A stretch of 64,000 bases of DNA, taken from positions 55,304,001 through 55,368,000 of the forward strand of contig JBNRSN020000018.1 of NCBI GenBank assembly GCA_051313645.2. Direction: 5' to 3'. Source of the DNA: Centroscyllium fabricii (Eukaryota). The position numbers were made by a program, and so were the translations under genes. This document shows, piece after piece, positions 10,356-23,119 of the stretch. Each line of letters begins with the position of its first letter. Within the stretch, counting starts at the first letter, position 1. A model generated the notes under the pieces. It ran no database searches, was not told the DNA's origin, and saw only the letters and a program-made list of their open reading frames with translations.

Positions 10356-12015
10356 TATTATAAACATACTGGACAAGCCCACATGCCCTCCTGCACTCAT
10401 TATTCGAAATTAACTGGAGAGCGAAGATCTGTTCCCCTTGAACAGAGTGTGCTGCAGCCAGAAGAGTAGCTGCGGTCTGCTGGTTGCACATTACACTCTG
10501 CAGATATGAGACCAGTGTCCATCGTTCTACATTGCACTTCCCCCCCAGCCCACTTCACATAAGTGAATTGGGGGTGGGGGAAAAAGTTCAGCATGTTGTA
10601 ATTAGCAGAATTAATCCCAATAGCAATATTTTAATCTACAGAATATTTTCATTGCAGCATAAGTTGATGCGAGAAATTATTTTGTACAGTTTGAACTTGG
10701 GCACATAACAATGCCTTTAATCATTCACAGCATTTTAACCTTTAAATGTATAACATTTGTGTATTTTCAATCTGTCTCTTAAGTACCCAGGCAACTAAAT
10801 TATAGATTACGCAATAGTTACTCAGTTTATGTTTATATAGTTGAGATTTTGAAGTGAAAAAGCATTTCTTTTAAAGTGCAAACGATAAATTTTGTAAAAT
10901 TTTTGTTTGTAACTTGTTTCCAGGGTATGTTCTGATTACATAATTGTGGGAAGTGGTATGGGAGAGTTGCTGAGCCCCAACCATGTGAGGAAACTGAACT
11001 AATAGCAGTGATGGTCATTAATCCAGGATGCCGTGTTAATCTTTAACACTTTAACTGTAAACTCGTATCCTTGCCCTCTCTGCTCCACCCATCCAGTTTC
11101 CATAATTGAATTGCCATTCACTGTTGAAAGAAATCAACCCTTTGCCTGGAGTTTTTTAAAAGCTCCCTGATCAAACACTTTAAATTGATGAAAAAGCAGG
11201 GGCAGTAGTGTAGCAGCTACAACTTGGAGCCTGGATTTTTATTGATATGCACACCATTTCCTGTATCTAGTTCTTGGCACCCATTTGGGTTTTCTTTTAT
11301 CTTTTACATGTTGAGCTACAGTATTTCCAAAATTCTTGATTTAACAGGTAACAAACATGAATTAACAGGTAACAGACATGAATTATTTTGGAGAGACCAG
11401 TCAAGCTATTTGTCAACAAGTACCAGATATATTCACACACAAAGCAACCAATATAAAAGACAGTCCCGCCCCACACTTACTAGCTAGATTGATGATTCTT
11501 TTGGAGATTTCAGTGACCATAGTAGCTGAGATTCCCTTGGTCTGGGAGCAGCCCCTTTAGCCATCATGCTTCTCTTAGCTTGGACAATTTGATTTAATGC
11601 TCTACAAAAGTGGGAGATTAAGACTTCAGAGTTGGATAAATATAAACCTATATTTACAGATGGGTGAGTACTTTGTACAGAGAGTACGCCATCTCCCCTC
11701 CCCCTTACCCTGGGTGCCTTTTTCCTTATTTTCATTTACCTTTGCTTTAAAATAAAATGAAATATGTAAGAAAGAAGATTAGAATTATTTTTTGTTGTGC
11801 CTTTTTATCTAGCTGTGCTGTGCTTGGGACTTGCATTCTGTTCTTGTTTACTGGGCTCAGGTTGACTACTGTCCAACTACCCCTTAAATTCCAGACTGTT
11901 CAGTTAATGTAGTGTTTGTATTCAGCCTCATTAGAATATGAAAATATTGAATATTAGTACATGAAAAGTTGCCTTTTATGATTGTTACTTAAACTGCTTT
12001 TGTCTCTTACAACAG

Positions 12016-12101
12016 GATGATATTAGTTCTGAAAATACGACCATTTCCTCTATTCCTGACAAATCTGATTCACCACCACCAAAGCCGCCACGAGTACGGA
12101 G
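12016..12101 (+). CDS. PTPN12: PTPN12 exon: DDISSENTTISSIPDKSDSPPPKPPRVR(S), P1 proline motif
   Basis: acaacag acceptor, ag|gtaact donor; 86 nt. PPKPPR is the p130Cas-SH3-binding motif of PTP-PEST. Confidence 0.96.
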
Positions 12102-12502
12102 GTAACTTATTTTCGATTTTATGTTTTGGGTGACATAACTGTCGAGTCAGATGCAACTTTAATGCTGGTGATTGAGACAGTTGAAGACCTGAAGAAATTG
12201 TACTGGGGTACCAGTAAATAAGTTGCAGAATTCCTATAGTTTAGGCAGATGTGATGTTACTGGTACACTTATGCCACTGCATTTGGGTCTGAGTTTTACC
12301 AGGAGACGTGATGTACGGAGCTTTGCTAATCTAAAGTGTGGACCTTTTGAATTGAAACAAAATGGTGCAGGTGCAGTGTCAGTGTTCCATTCTGCCATAA
12401 ATGTGGAGTTCTGACTTGAGCACTTGTAACTCTGATGCTGCATGTAGTTTTGATTTTTTTTTTGAATAAAAAATTTGACAAGTTGCACTTAATTAGTGCT
12501 TT

Positions 12503-13375
12503 TAATGTAATAACATCCCAAAGTGCTTAACAGCGATGAATATAAGTGGAGCTGAGAAGTGGAGAGAGGGGAATTGGATTGGTGACCTAAAAGCAATATT
12601 GAAGAGGTAAATTTGAGGACGGGAAGAGGTACAAGGTGGAGAGGTTCAAGAGTGTCCTGGAGTGCAGGGCTAAGAGCGGCAGGTCTTGTAGCTGAAAATT
12701 GTGGACGGTGGCAGTACAAAAGTGGCCAGAGACAGGAAAAACAGAGGGCATGAACAGGAAAATGAGACTAACTATGGTTGCGGAGGTGGAAAGGAGCAAG
12801 GCTACGGAGGAATTTGTAGAACAAGACGAGGATTTTAAAATGGATGCCGAGATGGATAGTGCAGATTTGTGAAGTTTGGAATAGGTGAATGGGATTTAGT
12901 GTGCGATAGGATGCGAGTGGCAGAGTTGCAATTCATGAAGGGCAGAACTTGGGAATCTGGCAAGAGCATTGGATTAATCAAACCTCAAGGTGGTGAAGGA
13001 ATGGATAGATATGTTAGTGGCATTTGGGATGAGGTTGGGGTAGAGGCGGGCAGAGGTGGAAACAGATAGATTTGGTGGTGGCAAGGATGTAGGGTCTGAT
13101 CCTCTGCTCAGTTGAGCAGGACACCAAGGTTGCTCACCATCAAGGTCATATTGAGGGAGCTTCCAGAGTGGGGGAAGGAATTGGTCCTATGGTTGAGTTT
13201 CGGGTGGGAGCTGAGCAGAATGGAGCCCGTCTTGCTGATGGAGCTGAAAGAAATTCTTGCCTATCGGCTGAAAGATGCAGCATGTAGATAAGGACAAGGG
13301 GTTAAAGATAGTGTTTTGAGCCACACTTGGCAGAAACAGGGTGACATTACATTGAGATTTTGACTCCATGTTTTT
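12503..13375 (-). mobile_element. Old, degenerate L2 fragment
   Basis: Purine-rich + strand with an L2 tail-like start (CATCCCAAAGTGCTT); resembles the L2 at 57790-59212. Confidence 0.55.
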
Positions 13376-14676
13376 GACTCTGTTTTGTGATCCACAGGGG
13401 TCTCAAACTAGACTCCAGCTTTTGTGATCACGGGAAAGAACCTCGAATAGAACCACTAAGCCATTGGAAGTCATAGTTCCAATACTTAGTTTTCAAAGCT
13501 GTAAATAAAATGGTAGGAAATATATTACATTAAGAGGAACTAGACGGTGCAAAATTGAAATACAAATAGCAAGTGCTGGAAATACTCAGCAGGTACAAAA
13601 TTACTCTGCTTTCCATACATTGGAGAAGGCCATATGTTCTTGTGGTGTTTGTGTATGCATAATTATATTTACCAATAGTTATTAACTGAAAGATGTAACG
13701 CTGGATTTACTTGCCTTATGATCTGAAGTAATATGCCAAGGAACGGTTTCAAATCGATTTTTTGTGAAAAACACGCATGGTTTGTAAGCTAACAACACCC
13801 ACATGATTAATTAAAAAATATGTTTAAAGATTACATTATTGAGGGGTAATACAGTTCTTCACAATTCTGTTAATGGTCAAATAGTCAATATATTGAGGTA
13901 AAATGGGGCACTGCCTTAGTGGGAAGAGTGGGGACATGGTATTAGAACAATCCTGCATCATCCTGCATCAGATTTGATGACTGTTCTGAAAACAGTGAGC
14001 AAATGACAGTGATGAAATAGAACAGGATGCAGGAAACAAGCCATAATTAACATCAAACAAGTGAAAGCTTAAATTTTAACTACAGTAGTACAGTCTTGAG
14101 AAATCTGTTGTCTAGAGTCTTCCTTTCACAGTTTAAAATTGCTTGCTCTTTAATGCTTACAAATTAAATAACTTATGGAGGAGAATTCTTATCTCTTTGC
14201 TTAACGACTGTTGTGCATCTTTTGTTTAAAAATCCAACTGTCCATGATTTTGATTTATATATTAAAGTTCAGGTAGGATTCCCTTCCAAGCATTGAATTT
14301 ATACCAAGTTTATCGAACCGCTGAATTGAATTCTTCTTAGAGTGAGTGCAAAAAATAAAGTACAAACATTTGTTTATATAGCACCATATTATGTCTTCAG
14401 TATATCTCAAAGGACTTCACAATCAATAAATTATGTTTGAGGTTCTGTAACTGTTCAGTTGATAAACAGCTGATGACATTATGTTCCAACCATCTGCTTT
14501 GGAGTACTGACTTCAATAGTGTTGATTTTAGCCTCGCTATTAAAGGCATTTCATACCTTGAACTTTATTTTTTAAATTTCTCTCTTCTCTTGACCTTTGC
14601 TGGGGTACATTCCCATGGTCTCCTTTTGGTACCTCACCAGCTTGCAGGCCATTCAAATCAGATTATTCAAACAGTT

Positions 14677-15069
14677 GGGCAGCACGGTGGCATAGTGGTT
14701 AGCACTGTTGCCTTACAGCTCTGGAGACCCCGGTTCAAATCCAGCCTCGACTACTATCTGTGTGGAGTTTGCACATTCTCCCCGTGTCTGCGTGGGTTTC
14801 CTCCGGGTGCTCCGGTTTCCTCCCACAGTCCAAAGATGTGCGGGTTAGGTTGATTGGCCATAATAAATTGACCCTTGGTGTTAGGGGGATTGAATATGTG
14901 GGGTTACAGGGATAGGGTGGGATATGTGTCGGTGCAGGCTTGAGAGGGATATGGGGACAAGGCAGGGACAGGGTACTGGGTTTGGATGATCAGCCATGAT
15001 CTCATTGAATGGCAGAGCAGGCTCGAAGGGCCGAATGGCCTACTCCTGCTCCTATCTTCTATGTTTCTA
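14677..15069 (+). mobile_element. HE1-type V-SINE
   Basis: GGGCAGCACGGTGGCATAGTGGTTAGCAC head, GGTTCAAATCC B-box, V-domain, CR1 tail ...CTATCTTCTATGTTTCTA. Confidence 0.9.
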
Positions 15070-15967
15070 AGAGAGAGGGCTAGATGATGAGAATCATAAA
15101 TAAACCTGATTGATTCTTTCGTAACCTGATATCCATATATGAGCATTTTCCACCAGGGATCACTATCGTGATTGGGGTACAACAAATGGCTGATTTCTAT
15201 TTGTTGGCTTTTGCTATGGGTTCGGTATACACAGACTGGGAATGGCACATTCTGCTTGTACAACTTAGCCATGCTGTCTTTAGCAACTGAGTCATCAGGA
15301 GAGTTAAACTCTTTGATGAAATTACTCTGCGGTTGCAGGGAACGGTGCAGTTCTTGCCTTTTTCCCCCCCCTATGCTCCCAAAAACTATTTTAGAACTTT
15401 CTCTGCAGTTTATTGATGTGGAGATAACTGTATTCTTGCTTCAGTCCAATCTAAACGGGGCACATTTTGTACAGCGTTGTATTTTGTTGATGTTGGAAGT
15501 CTCGTTATTCAAATGATTACTGTCATTTCATAGAAGTGAGGAGTGAACTACATTTGCCACAATACCATTCTGTATTCCTGTGGCAATTATATACGATGAA
15601 CCCATGTGCCTTATTTGAATGTAGCAAGTGAATCTCCAGCAGTGGCTTCCCCATTCCTGCTCTGGCCTTCCTTGAAGCATATCAGAAAGAAACTAGTCAA
15701 GATGCTGATTGTTTTTCCTCAGATGCTATTTTAGTTGTTGATGGTCCAAGTGCACAGAACACTTTATGCGAATCATTGCGCAATTTATATATGTCAATCT
15801 ATTCAAGGCAAGTGTAGTTAGCACTGGTCAGTGCATCTGGTCTTCAACAGAACTTTTGTTCATTAGGTGAGTAATCTCTTTAGACTGGCAAACTGGCTTC
15901 TTAAGAGGCAAGGCTGCATCTGAGAGTCTGCGAAGTGCAAGTATTGGAAATTTGGTATCCTAGTTAG

Positions 15968-16371
15968 AATCATAGAATGGTTACAGCACAGAAGGAGGCC
16001 ATTCGGCCCGTCATGCTCGTCCCAGCTCTCTGCAAGAGCACTTCAGCTAGTCCCACTCCCCCTGCCCTTTCTCTAGCCCTGCAATTTTTTTCCTTCAGGT
16101 ACTTACCAATTCCTTTTGAAAGCCACAATTGAATCTGCCTCCACCACCCTTTCAGGCACTGCATTCCAGATCATCACCATCGCTGCGTTAAAAAAAAGTT
16201 ATTCCTCCTGTCGCCTTTGCTTCTTCCACTCACCTTAAATCTGTGTCCTCTGGTTCTCAACCCTTCTGCCAATGGGAACAATTTCTCTCCTCTAAATAAA
16301 CCCCACATGATTTTGAACATCGCTATCAAATCTCCTCTCAACCTTCTCTGCTGTAAGGAGAACAACCCCAG
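15968..16371 (-). mobile_element. CR1 LINE 3' fragment with 8-bp TSD
   Basis: Translates FSLQQRRLRGDLI...; TSD CTAGTTAG at 15960-15967 and 16372-16379. Confidence 0.88.
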
Positions 16372-16487
16372 CTAGTTAGTTGTGATTTAAACTAAACCAC
16401 AACAGTGGAGGTAAAGCACAAACTCTATAGGTACAAATGTCCATATAATTCCAAATACAACGATAACTGGTAATGAATAGTGTATTA

Positions 16488-16794
16488 CAGGTACACGTTC
16501 CTTTATCCGTAACTCCGAAAACAAAAAAATGTTTTTGAGCACAAACCTAAATCTAATCGGGGCCTGAGGCCTACACCGGGTTTCCAGCCCACCCGCGGGT
16601 ACAATTCCTCCCCGAGCCCACAATCTCCTACCGCCTCCCGGGAGTGTCCCTTCCATTTCAGAGGACGGCTGCGCCTGCGCATGCGCAGAGCGCCGTTCCG
16701 CACCTGTGCACTGGGCCGCCAACACGACCATCCGAAATCTGAAATCCGAGACACGTCTGGTCCCAAGGGTTTCGGATAAAGGATTGTATACCTG
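16488..16794. mobile_element. Tigger4/MER46-like MITE, 307 bp
   Basis: TIRs CAGGTA(C/T)AC..TCCTTTATCCG, TA TSDs. The right end (...TGGTCCCAAGGGTTTCGGATAAAGGAT...CCTG) resembles MER46/Tigger4 ends as recalled. Confidence 0.85.
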
Positions 16795-19004
16795 TACTAA
16801 GCAAAGTCTATACCTATTACTGAAAAGATTATTTCAAGGAATTTGTACTGTTTGGTAATTCATTTTGCTACAAAAAATTCAAATGCTTGCTTATTGAAAA
16901 CCCTGTATATAAATTCAGACAATAAACTGGTGTATTATTTGCTCAGGACTTATTACCCTAGTTGACTTTGCACACTAGGTCATGCTTTGGATTATAGGAA
17001 GTGATAGTGCTTGCCTAAGGAAGTTGATTTGTGGGTAAGGCATGAGAAAAGCATCGGATAAGACCTTGCAATATAACATCTATATTTCTCTTTTGTGACT
17101 GCAAGGTGATGATTTAATTTCATAAGTGTCCAGATTCTGTTAGAAGATTGCATTTTTGAAGTGTTAAAAACTTGGTGTTGATGTAACAATCTTTTTTAAC
17201 TTGGCTAGTTTCCATTTCATTGCTACTTCCTTTAAAACAAAATATGATTCACACTTTTCTCTAGCCTTTTGCAGAGCCCGGAGGTCTGCTGAACATTGTT
17301 AGTTTTGCTTCCGTAATGGGAAATACTTCCGATCTCTAGTCTTACTTGCTCATTTTAACTTTGACTTTTTGTCCTGTTATTCTGCTCGGTCTCAAGTTAA
17401 CTTTATTCATGACATGGCATTTTAAAGACCTTGATCCTTTCTCACACCTCCTTTCTCCAGTGAAAACCAGTTCATCTAATTCTTACCATCCCAAGTCTTG
17501 GATTCATCATCCATGTTGTTTTTCTCTGCATCTCCATAACAAGTGCGCGCACACTCACTCACTCTCCTCTCGCTTTTTACTATCTTTTTCTCTCTCCCTC
17601 AAATATAAACTAAGTTAACTAGTCTATGATTTCCAGATACATTTTTCATGTTTTTAAATATCCTGATAACATTTACTATCCTGCAGTTCTCAGATACAGC
17701 TTCATATCAATGGAGTTGCTAGAAATATTAAGCAGAGCTTCATTTAACACTTTGTGATTGAAGGATGTAATATCTAGTCCAGGTGTCTAGACACTGCTGG
17801 GTGATTTTCTGCTTGTTAATTTTAATTCAAACTTTGCTATTAAATTGAAACTGAATTTCTATGCAAAGTCTTGTTTGGGTGGAATTCGGCATTGGGAGTA
17901 AACAACACGAAAGCTTTTCTGGTAGATTCAAAAAAATGCCAACTAAGTGAGAAGATCCAAATAATTTTAGCCGGGTGTGCATTTCCTTAATAATTGTGTT
18001 GTGCATGTACATGGAGTTGTAAGGCAAATTCCCAGAAAGACAAACTGGATACATAAGGGATAATGCAGCAGAAGAACAGCATTGTGGCATTTACTGTTGG
18101 CGAGGTGGTCATCTTCCTGTTGGAGGAGAAACAGGCTGAATGGGATGCAAGGAATAATTTAATGGTTTTCTATTTCATTTAAAGAAATTTCCTGTGTCAG
18201 GTGAGAAGCTTAATTTACAAATCTGTCTGATACTGGGTCTCTTACATAAATTGCTGGACAGAGTGGCTTTGTCCTCTTGTGCCACCTGCATCCACTTCCA
18301 TTATCTGAACTTACTTTTACTTCTCAAAACAACATGTGACCGAGGAGATCAAGGCAGATATGATTTAAGTCAGTATGTTCTGCTAAATGCATCTGCTGTA
18401 TGCACTGCAAGGCTTTTGCCTATAAAACCTACGTACATCTCCTCTGGCTGTGTACTGATGAAAGATGCCTCATTCAACCAAGGTCTTTGATATGAGGTCA
18501 TCAAAATTAGAAATGTGAAAGAACTGTAAAACAAATGAAGATCTTTAACCATGTCTTGGTGATCTCAGCCCTACTTGCATTCCCGCACACATCCTCCACA
18601 TTAATATTGGGCCACTCCTTGCCCACGCTCCACAATAAAGTAGCCATCATGCCCCTGTTTGTTGGAACTCCCTGCCTAATACCCCCCCCCCCCCCCCCCC
18701 ACTGTGCTACTTATCTCCTGCTTTCAAAAAGCTCATCAAAACCCTATTCTGCAGCCACCCACCCATGGGAGGGAAGAGTGGCATTTTAAAATGGTTTTGC
18801 CTCTAATTTTGTTTGCTCAAGGCATTTACCTCCATGCACTCTCCCTGAGCTGAATAGATTCACAAATTGTATAGCAGTTTTGGGATTTCTCCATTCGAAG
18901 GGAGAATTGTTTGCCGCAGAACCAGTTGTTTAGGATTTTTTTTAACTCATTTTTTGGATTCCATATTTTGGACTACTCTCCTAAGTGAACACATTTAAAA
19001 AAGA

Positions 19005-19471
19005 TTTTTTTTGATGCAATGTGGGCGTCGCTGGCTGGCTAGGCCTGCATTTTAGTGTCCATCCCTAATTGCCTTTGAGAAGATGGTGGTGAGCCGCCTT
19101 CTTGAACCGCTGCAGTCTTATTGTTTTTTGTAGCGGTTGTTTACAACTGAGTGGCTTGCTAGGCCATTTTAGAGGGCATTAAGAGTCAACCACATAGCTG
19201 TGGGTCTGGAGTCACATGTAGGCCAGACCAGGTAAGGATGGCAGATTTCCTTCCCTAAAGGACATTGGTGAACCAGATGGGTTTTTGCAACAATCGACAG
19301 TGGTATCATGGTCGCCATTACTAAGACTAACATTTAATTCCAGAATTAATTTGGATTGAATTTAAATTCCACCAGCTGCCATGGTGGGATTTGAACCCAT
19401 ATCCTCAGAGCATTTGACTGAGCCTCTGGCTTACTAGTCTAGTGCCATAACCACTACGCCACCGCCTCCCC
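19005..19471 (-). mobile_element. tRNA-derived SINE whose 3' tail matches the LINE at 5365-5781
   Basis: Minus-strand head GGAGGCGGTGGCGTAGTGG...GGTTCAAATCCC; 19021-19117 is the reverse complement of ~5670-5768. Confidence 0.82.
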
Positions 19472-19771
19472 ATTGTCCCAGAGAAAGTGTTTTCACTCTG
19501 CACAGATATCTGGGTAAATTCATAGCATGTGCAGGGAATGAACAGAAAACTTCAGAGTTAATTTGCTCTCAAAATCAAATTCACTGCGCAATCAAATAGA
19601 ATATACTAGAGAAACAAGTCCAATAAATAGTAGCATTAAACACTATTTTTACTGTAGTTAAACTTAGCTCATGTACTAGGCAATAAATTGTTTGGAGCTG
19701 CTGTGCTAAACTATGGTGCAAGTGGTCACCTAGTGGTTCTTTTCCTTTTCCTGCTGTTTATAGAAATGATC

Positions 19772-20595
19772 AGGCAAAAATTTGGCAGATGGAGTATAAT
19801 GTGGGAAAATGTGAGGTTATCCACTTTGGTAGGAAGAATAGAAAAGCAAAATATTATTTAAATGGAGAGAGACTACAGAATGCTGCAGTACAGAGGGATC
19901 TGGGTATCCTCGTACATGAAACACAAGGTTAGCATTCAGGTACAGCAAGTAATTAGGAAGGCAAATAGAATGTTGGCCTTTATTGCAAGGGGGATGGAGT
20001 ATAAGAGTAGGGAAGTCTTGCTACAACTGTACAGGGTGTTGGTGAGATCACACGTAGAGTACGGTGTACAGTTTTTGTTTCCTTTAAGGAGGGATATACT
20101 TGCATTGGAGGCAGTTCAGAGAAAGTTCACTAGGTTGATTCCTGGGATGGAAGGGTTGTCTTATGAGGAAAGGTTGTGCTTGTACTCATTGGAGTTTAGA
20201 AGAATGAGAGGTGATCTTTATTGAAACATATAAGATACTGAGGGGGCTCGACAGGGTAGATACAGAAAGGATGTTTCCCCTTGTGGGGAAATCTAGAACT
20301 AGGGGGCATAGTTTCAGAATAGGGGGTCGCCCATTTAAAACGGCGATGAGGAGGAATTTCTTCTCAGAGGGTCGTGAATCTTTGTAATTCTCTACCTCAG
20401 AGCGCTGTGGAGGCGGAGTCAGTGAATATGTTCAGGGTGGAGATGGACAGATATTTGAGCAACAGGGGAGTCGGGGGGCTATGGGAAGCGGGCGGGAAAT
20501 TGGAGTTGCGGCCAAGATCAGATCAGCCATGATCTTATTGAATAGCGGAGCAGGCTCGAGGGGCCAAATGGCCTACTCCTATTTCTTATGTTCTT
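19772..20595 (+). mobile_element. CR1 LINE 3' fragment, degenerate
   Basis: WQMEYNVGKCEVIHFG...LYRVLVRSHVEY; CR1 tail. Confidence 0.9.
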
Positions 20596-21778
20596 CGGCC
20601 TGACTACGAAGGTGCTAGGCAGATTCCCCGATTGGGGAAAACTCAAATACCTTTATATAAAAAAGTAATTGGAACAAAATGAATTTAAATAATTAATTAA
20701 TTAAAAAACTGTAAATCCTACATGCATAAATCCTAAACGATATTTGAATTGAATGGTTTGGCCCCTTGCTTAGACACGAGTTTCATTTTTGTCAGCTTCC
20801 CTGCATTTAACTTTATGCTTTTTAACTGTAAACTTTGACAGTGTTATCTATCCGGTTTGGTTGAGTTCTTGCTTTTGTATTAACTTGTGTATTGTTTGCT
20901 TTTTCTTTGCTGAGAAATGTACACAAATGTTCCACTTTCTGTGGTATATGTGGTCAATTAGTGCAGTGGGAGGCCTACTTACTGCGATAATCGTGTCATA
21001 GCATCCTGGAGGTGAACTACTATTTTTACATTTTCAATACAGTCATGGAAAATAGTGCTGTGGGTTTTATCAGTTTATTGTACAGAGGATAAGCTTTATA
21101 AAATTACAATTGGGTTCTTGAACAGCTACGAAGTGTGACAGCAAATCAACATGAGTTGTATATGAGGATAATGATTGCAAAGTATTGCCGTGTAAAAAAA
21201 ATAAAAAAATAAATAAAAAAAAATAAATTGATAATGCATTACTGTGGTTTTACAAAAATTAGGTTTGAATCCAGGCCAGATGGACAGGACCTCTCATTCT
21301 GCTTGTGAGCTAATTTAGTGCTTTAAACCTTTGAGCTGTGGAGGGAAAAGCAGTAGTCAGTAACTGTAATTAGATGGGTAAGAGGGAAACGAGGTTGATG
21401 TTGGCCACAGTGCTTAATTTGCAGTGGCTTTGTACGTACAAGGCAACAGTGCCATGATATTCTAGCTTATGGTATCTCTTTGATTGCAGATTGGTTTCAA
21501 TTTTAGTCCAAATGGTTTGTCTGCCACCTACTGAACAAAGTAATAAAATACCATCTTTGAAACACATACCATCAAAAAATATCAGCGTTGATGTGTGCTT
21601 AAGTCTGTTTACTGTTTCTCATACTTGGTTCTTTCTGCTGTTTTGTGTCTCTCGATTCTTTGTCTTCAAAAGGTTAACATTAATTATTCCCTAATTTTGA
21701 GTAGTGCTACTATCTAATCCTTTTCCTTTTTTTTTCTCCTGTCTTTCCCCTCCCAACCCCCAACCAAAATTCCCTTAG

Positions 21779-22740
21779 CTGCCTGGTAGAAGGAGATGCT
21801 AAAGAAGAAATCTTGCAGCCTCCGGAGCCCCAACCAGTACCACCGATCCTCACTCCTTCTCCTCCGTCTGCATACCCAGCTGTTACTACTGTGTGGCAAG
21901 ATAATGACCGATACCATCCCAAGCCAGTAGTGCACTCATTCACAACACCATCTCCCACAGACCTCAATGAAAACTACAACAAACCTGTGGATACCTACAG
22001 ACAGATTGAAAATTGTGCTGAACCTATTGAAAAAAGGCTGGAAAGAAAACTGAGTATTGAAATAAAGAAGATACCACTCCAAGAAGGACCCAAAAGCTTT
22101 GAAGTGTCCCCACCTGGTGCAAACAGCCCTTTTAACAGGGTACCATCAAGTAAAGTGAAGTCCAGCTCGGCAATTGAGATTGAGCAAACAAGTAAATCGG
22201 TGGACTTAAGCTGTGGACAGATTTCTGCAAGTTCAGAGGTGGATGTTCTGCAGCGTTCTGATGCTACTCAGGAAGGGAGGAGTTCTGATGTTCTCCTGAG
22301 ACCAGTACAATTGCCACTTAAAGAGAGAGCTCATGCCTTGTGGAATAAGGCAAGCTATGAATGTACACCAACTGCCTTTAGCAAGTCTTCCACTGGTGAT
22401 AAATTGTACAATATTCAATGCCATTCTTCTAAAACACCTGCTCTACCAGCAGAGCCATCATTGAAAGAGATACCTGTAGTTCACCATATGGCCGTGGACA
22501 CCAGTGACCATTGTCTAAATGTGCCATCCCTCAGTTTTACTAATCCTCTCCACTCTGATGACTCTGAGCCGGAGGAGATGGATGTTGGGAAAGCCATACC
22601 TAAAAATGTTACCAGTATTTTAACAAGTGCCATTGTTACTGCCACCATACAAAATGAAACCCCTGCAGCAAGAAAAATATCACCTGTGTCTATTGCCCGA
22701 GAAAATCCACCCAGCACGTTAAATTTAGGAGCCGAAAAAT
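21779..22740 (+). CDS. PTPN12: PTPN12 large PEST-region exon (CLVEGDAKEEILQPPEPQPVPPILTPSPPSA...SFTNPLHSDDS...GAEK)
   Basis: Long pyrimidine tract and cccttag acceptor, aaat|gtaagt donor; 962 nt open frame (ORF 21813..22787). Contains the P2 motif, ERKLS and the NPLH Shc-PTB motif. Confidence 0.97.
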
Positions 22741-23119
22741 GTAAGTGCTTACTTCATACCAAGGAGGGCAGTACCCTTTTGGAGTAGGAGTTTTTGATGA
22801 TTTAATTATTTTTGTAGAGTCTTAACTTTTTAAACCATATAAAACTTCACATTTGCATATTGATGTTGGTTGTAATTTGGATCTTATAGATGCTGTGCTG
22901 CATAATGTAAAAGCGAAGCCTACTTTAAAAAAAAGTCTGCCCACAAGTGTTTCACACACACATCTAGACTCTCTGAAAACAGATCAGTGGCTTTCGTTCA
23001 CAATTTGAAAATATCTAAAATGTTACTGTCTTGTGGAACTTTAGTATCTTCACAGAGAATTGGGCTGTGAGTACTTATGTTATTTATAAAAATGATGGGG
23101 TTTTAACTCTAAACTACTG

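Noticed and set aside
11341-11385. 21-bp direct duplication TTAACAGGTAACA(A/G)ACATGAA
   Set aside because: Simple two-copy slippage with no further structure.
14677-14750. tRNA gene
   Set aside because: The A/B boxes belong to SINE heads (also 1788, 19471, 27007, 49919) that continue into SINE bodies.
20740-21200. Possible conserved non-coding element or intronic ncRNA upstream of the large exon
   Set aside because: Repeat-free and U-rich, but no box motifs or stable structure recognised; needs cross-species alignment.
22741-22787. ORF continuation KCLLHTKEGSTLLE* as a real C-terminus
   Set aside because: It follows a perfect GTAAGT donor and downstream exons continue in frame; ordinary intron read-through with no evidence of use.
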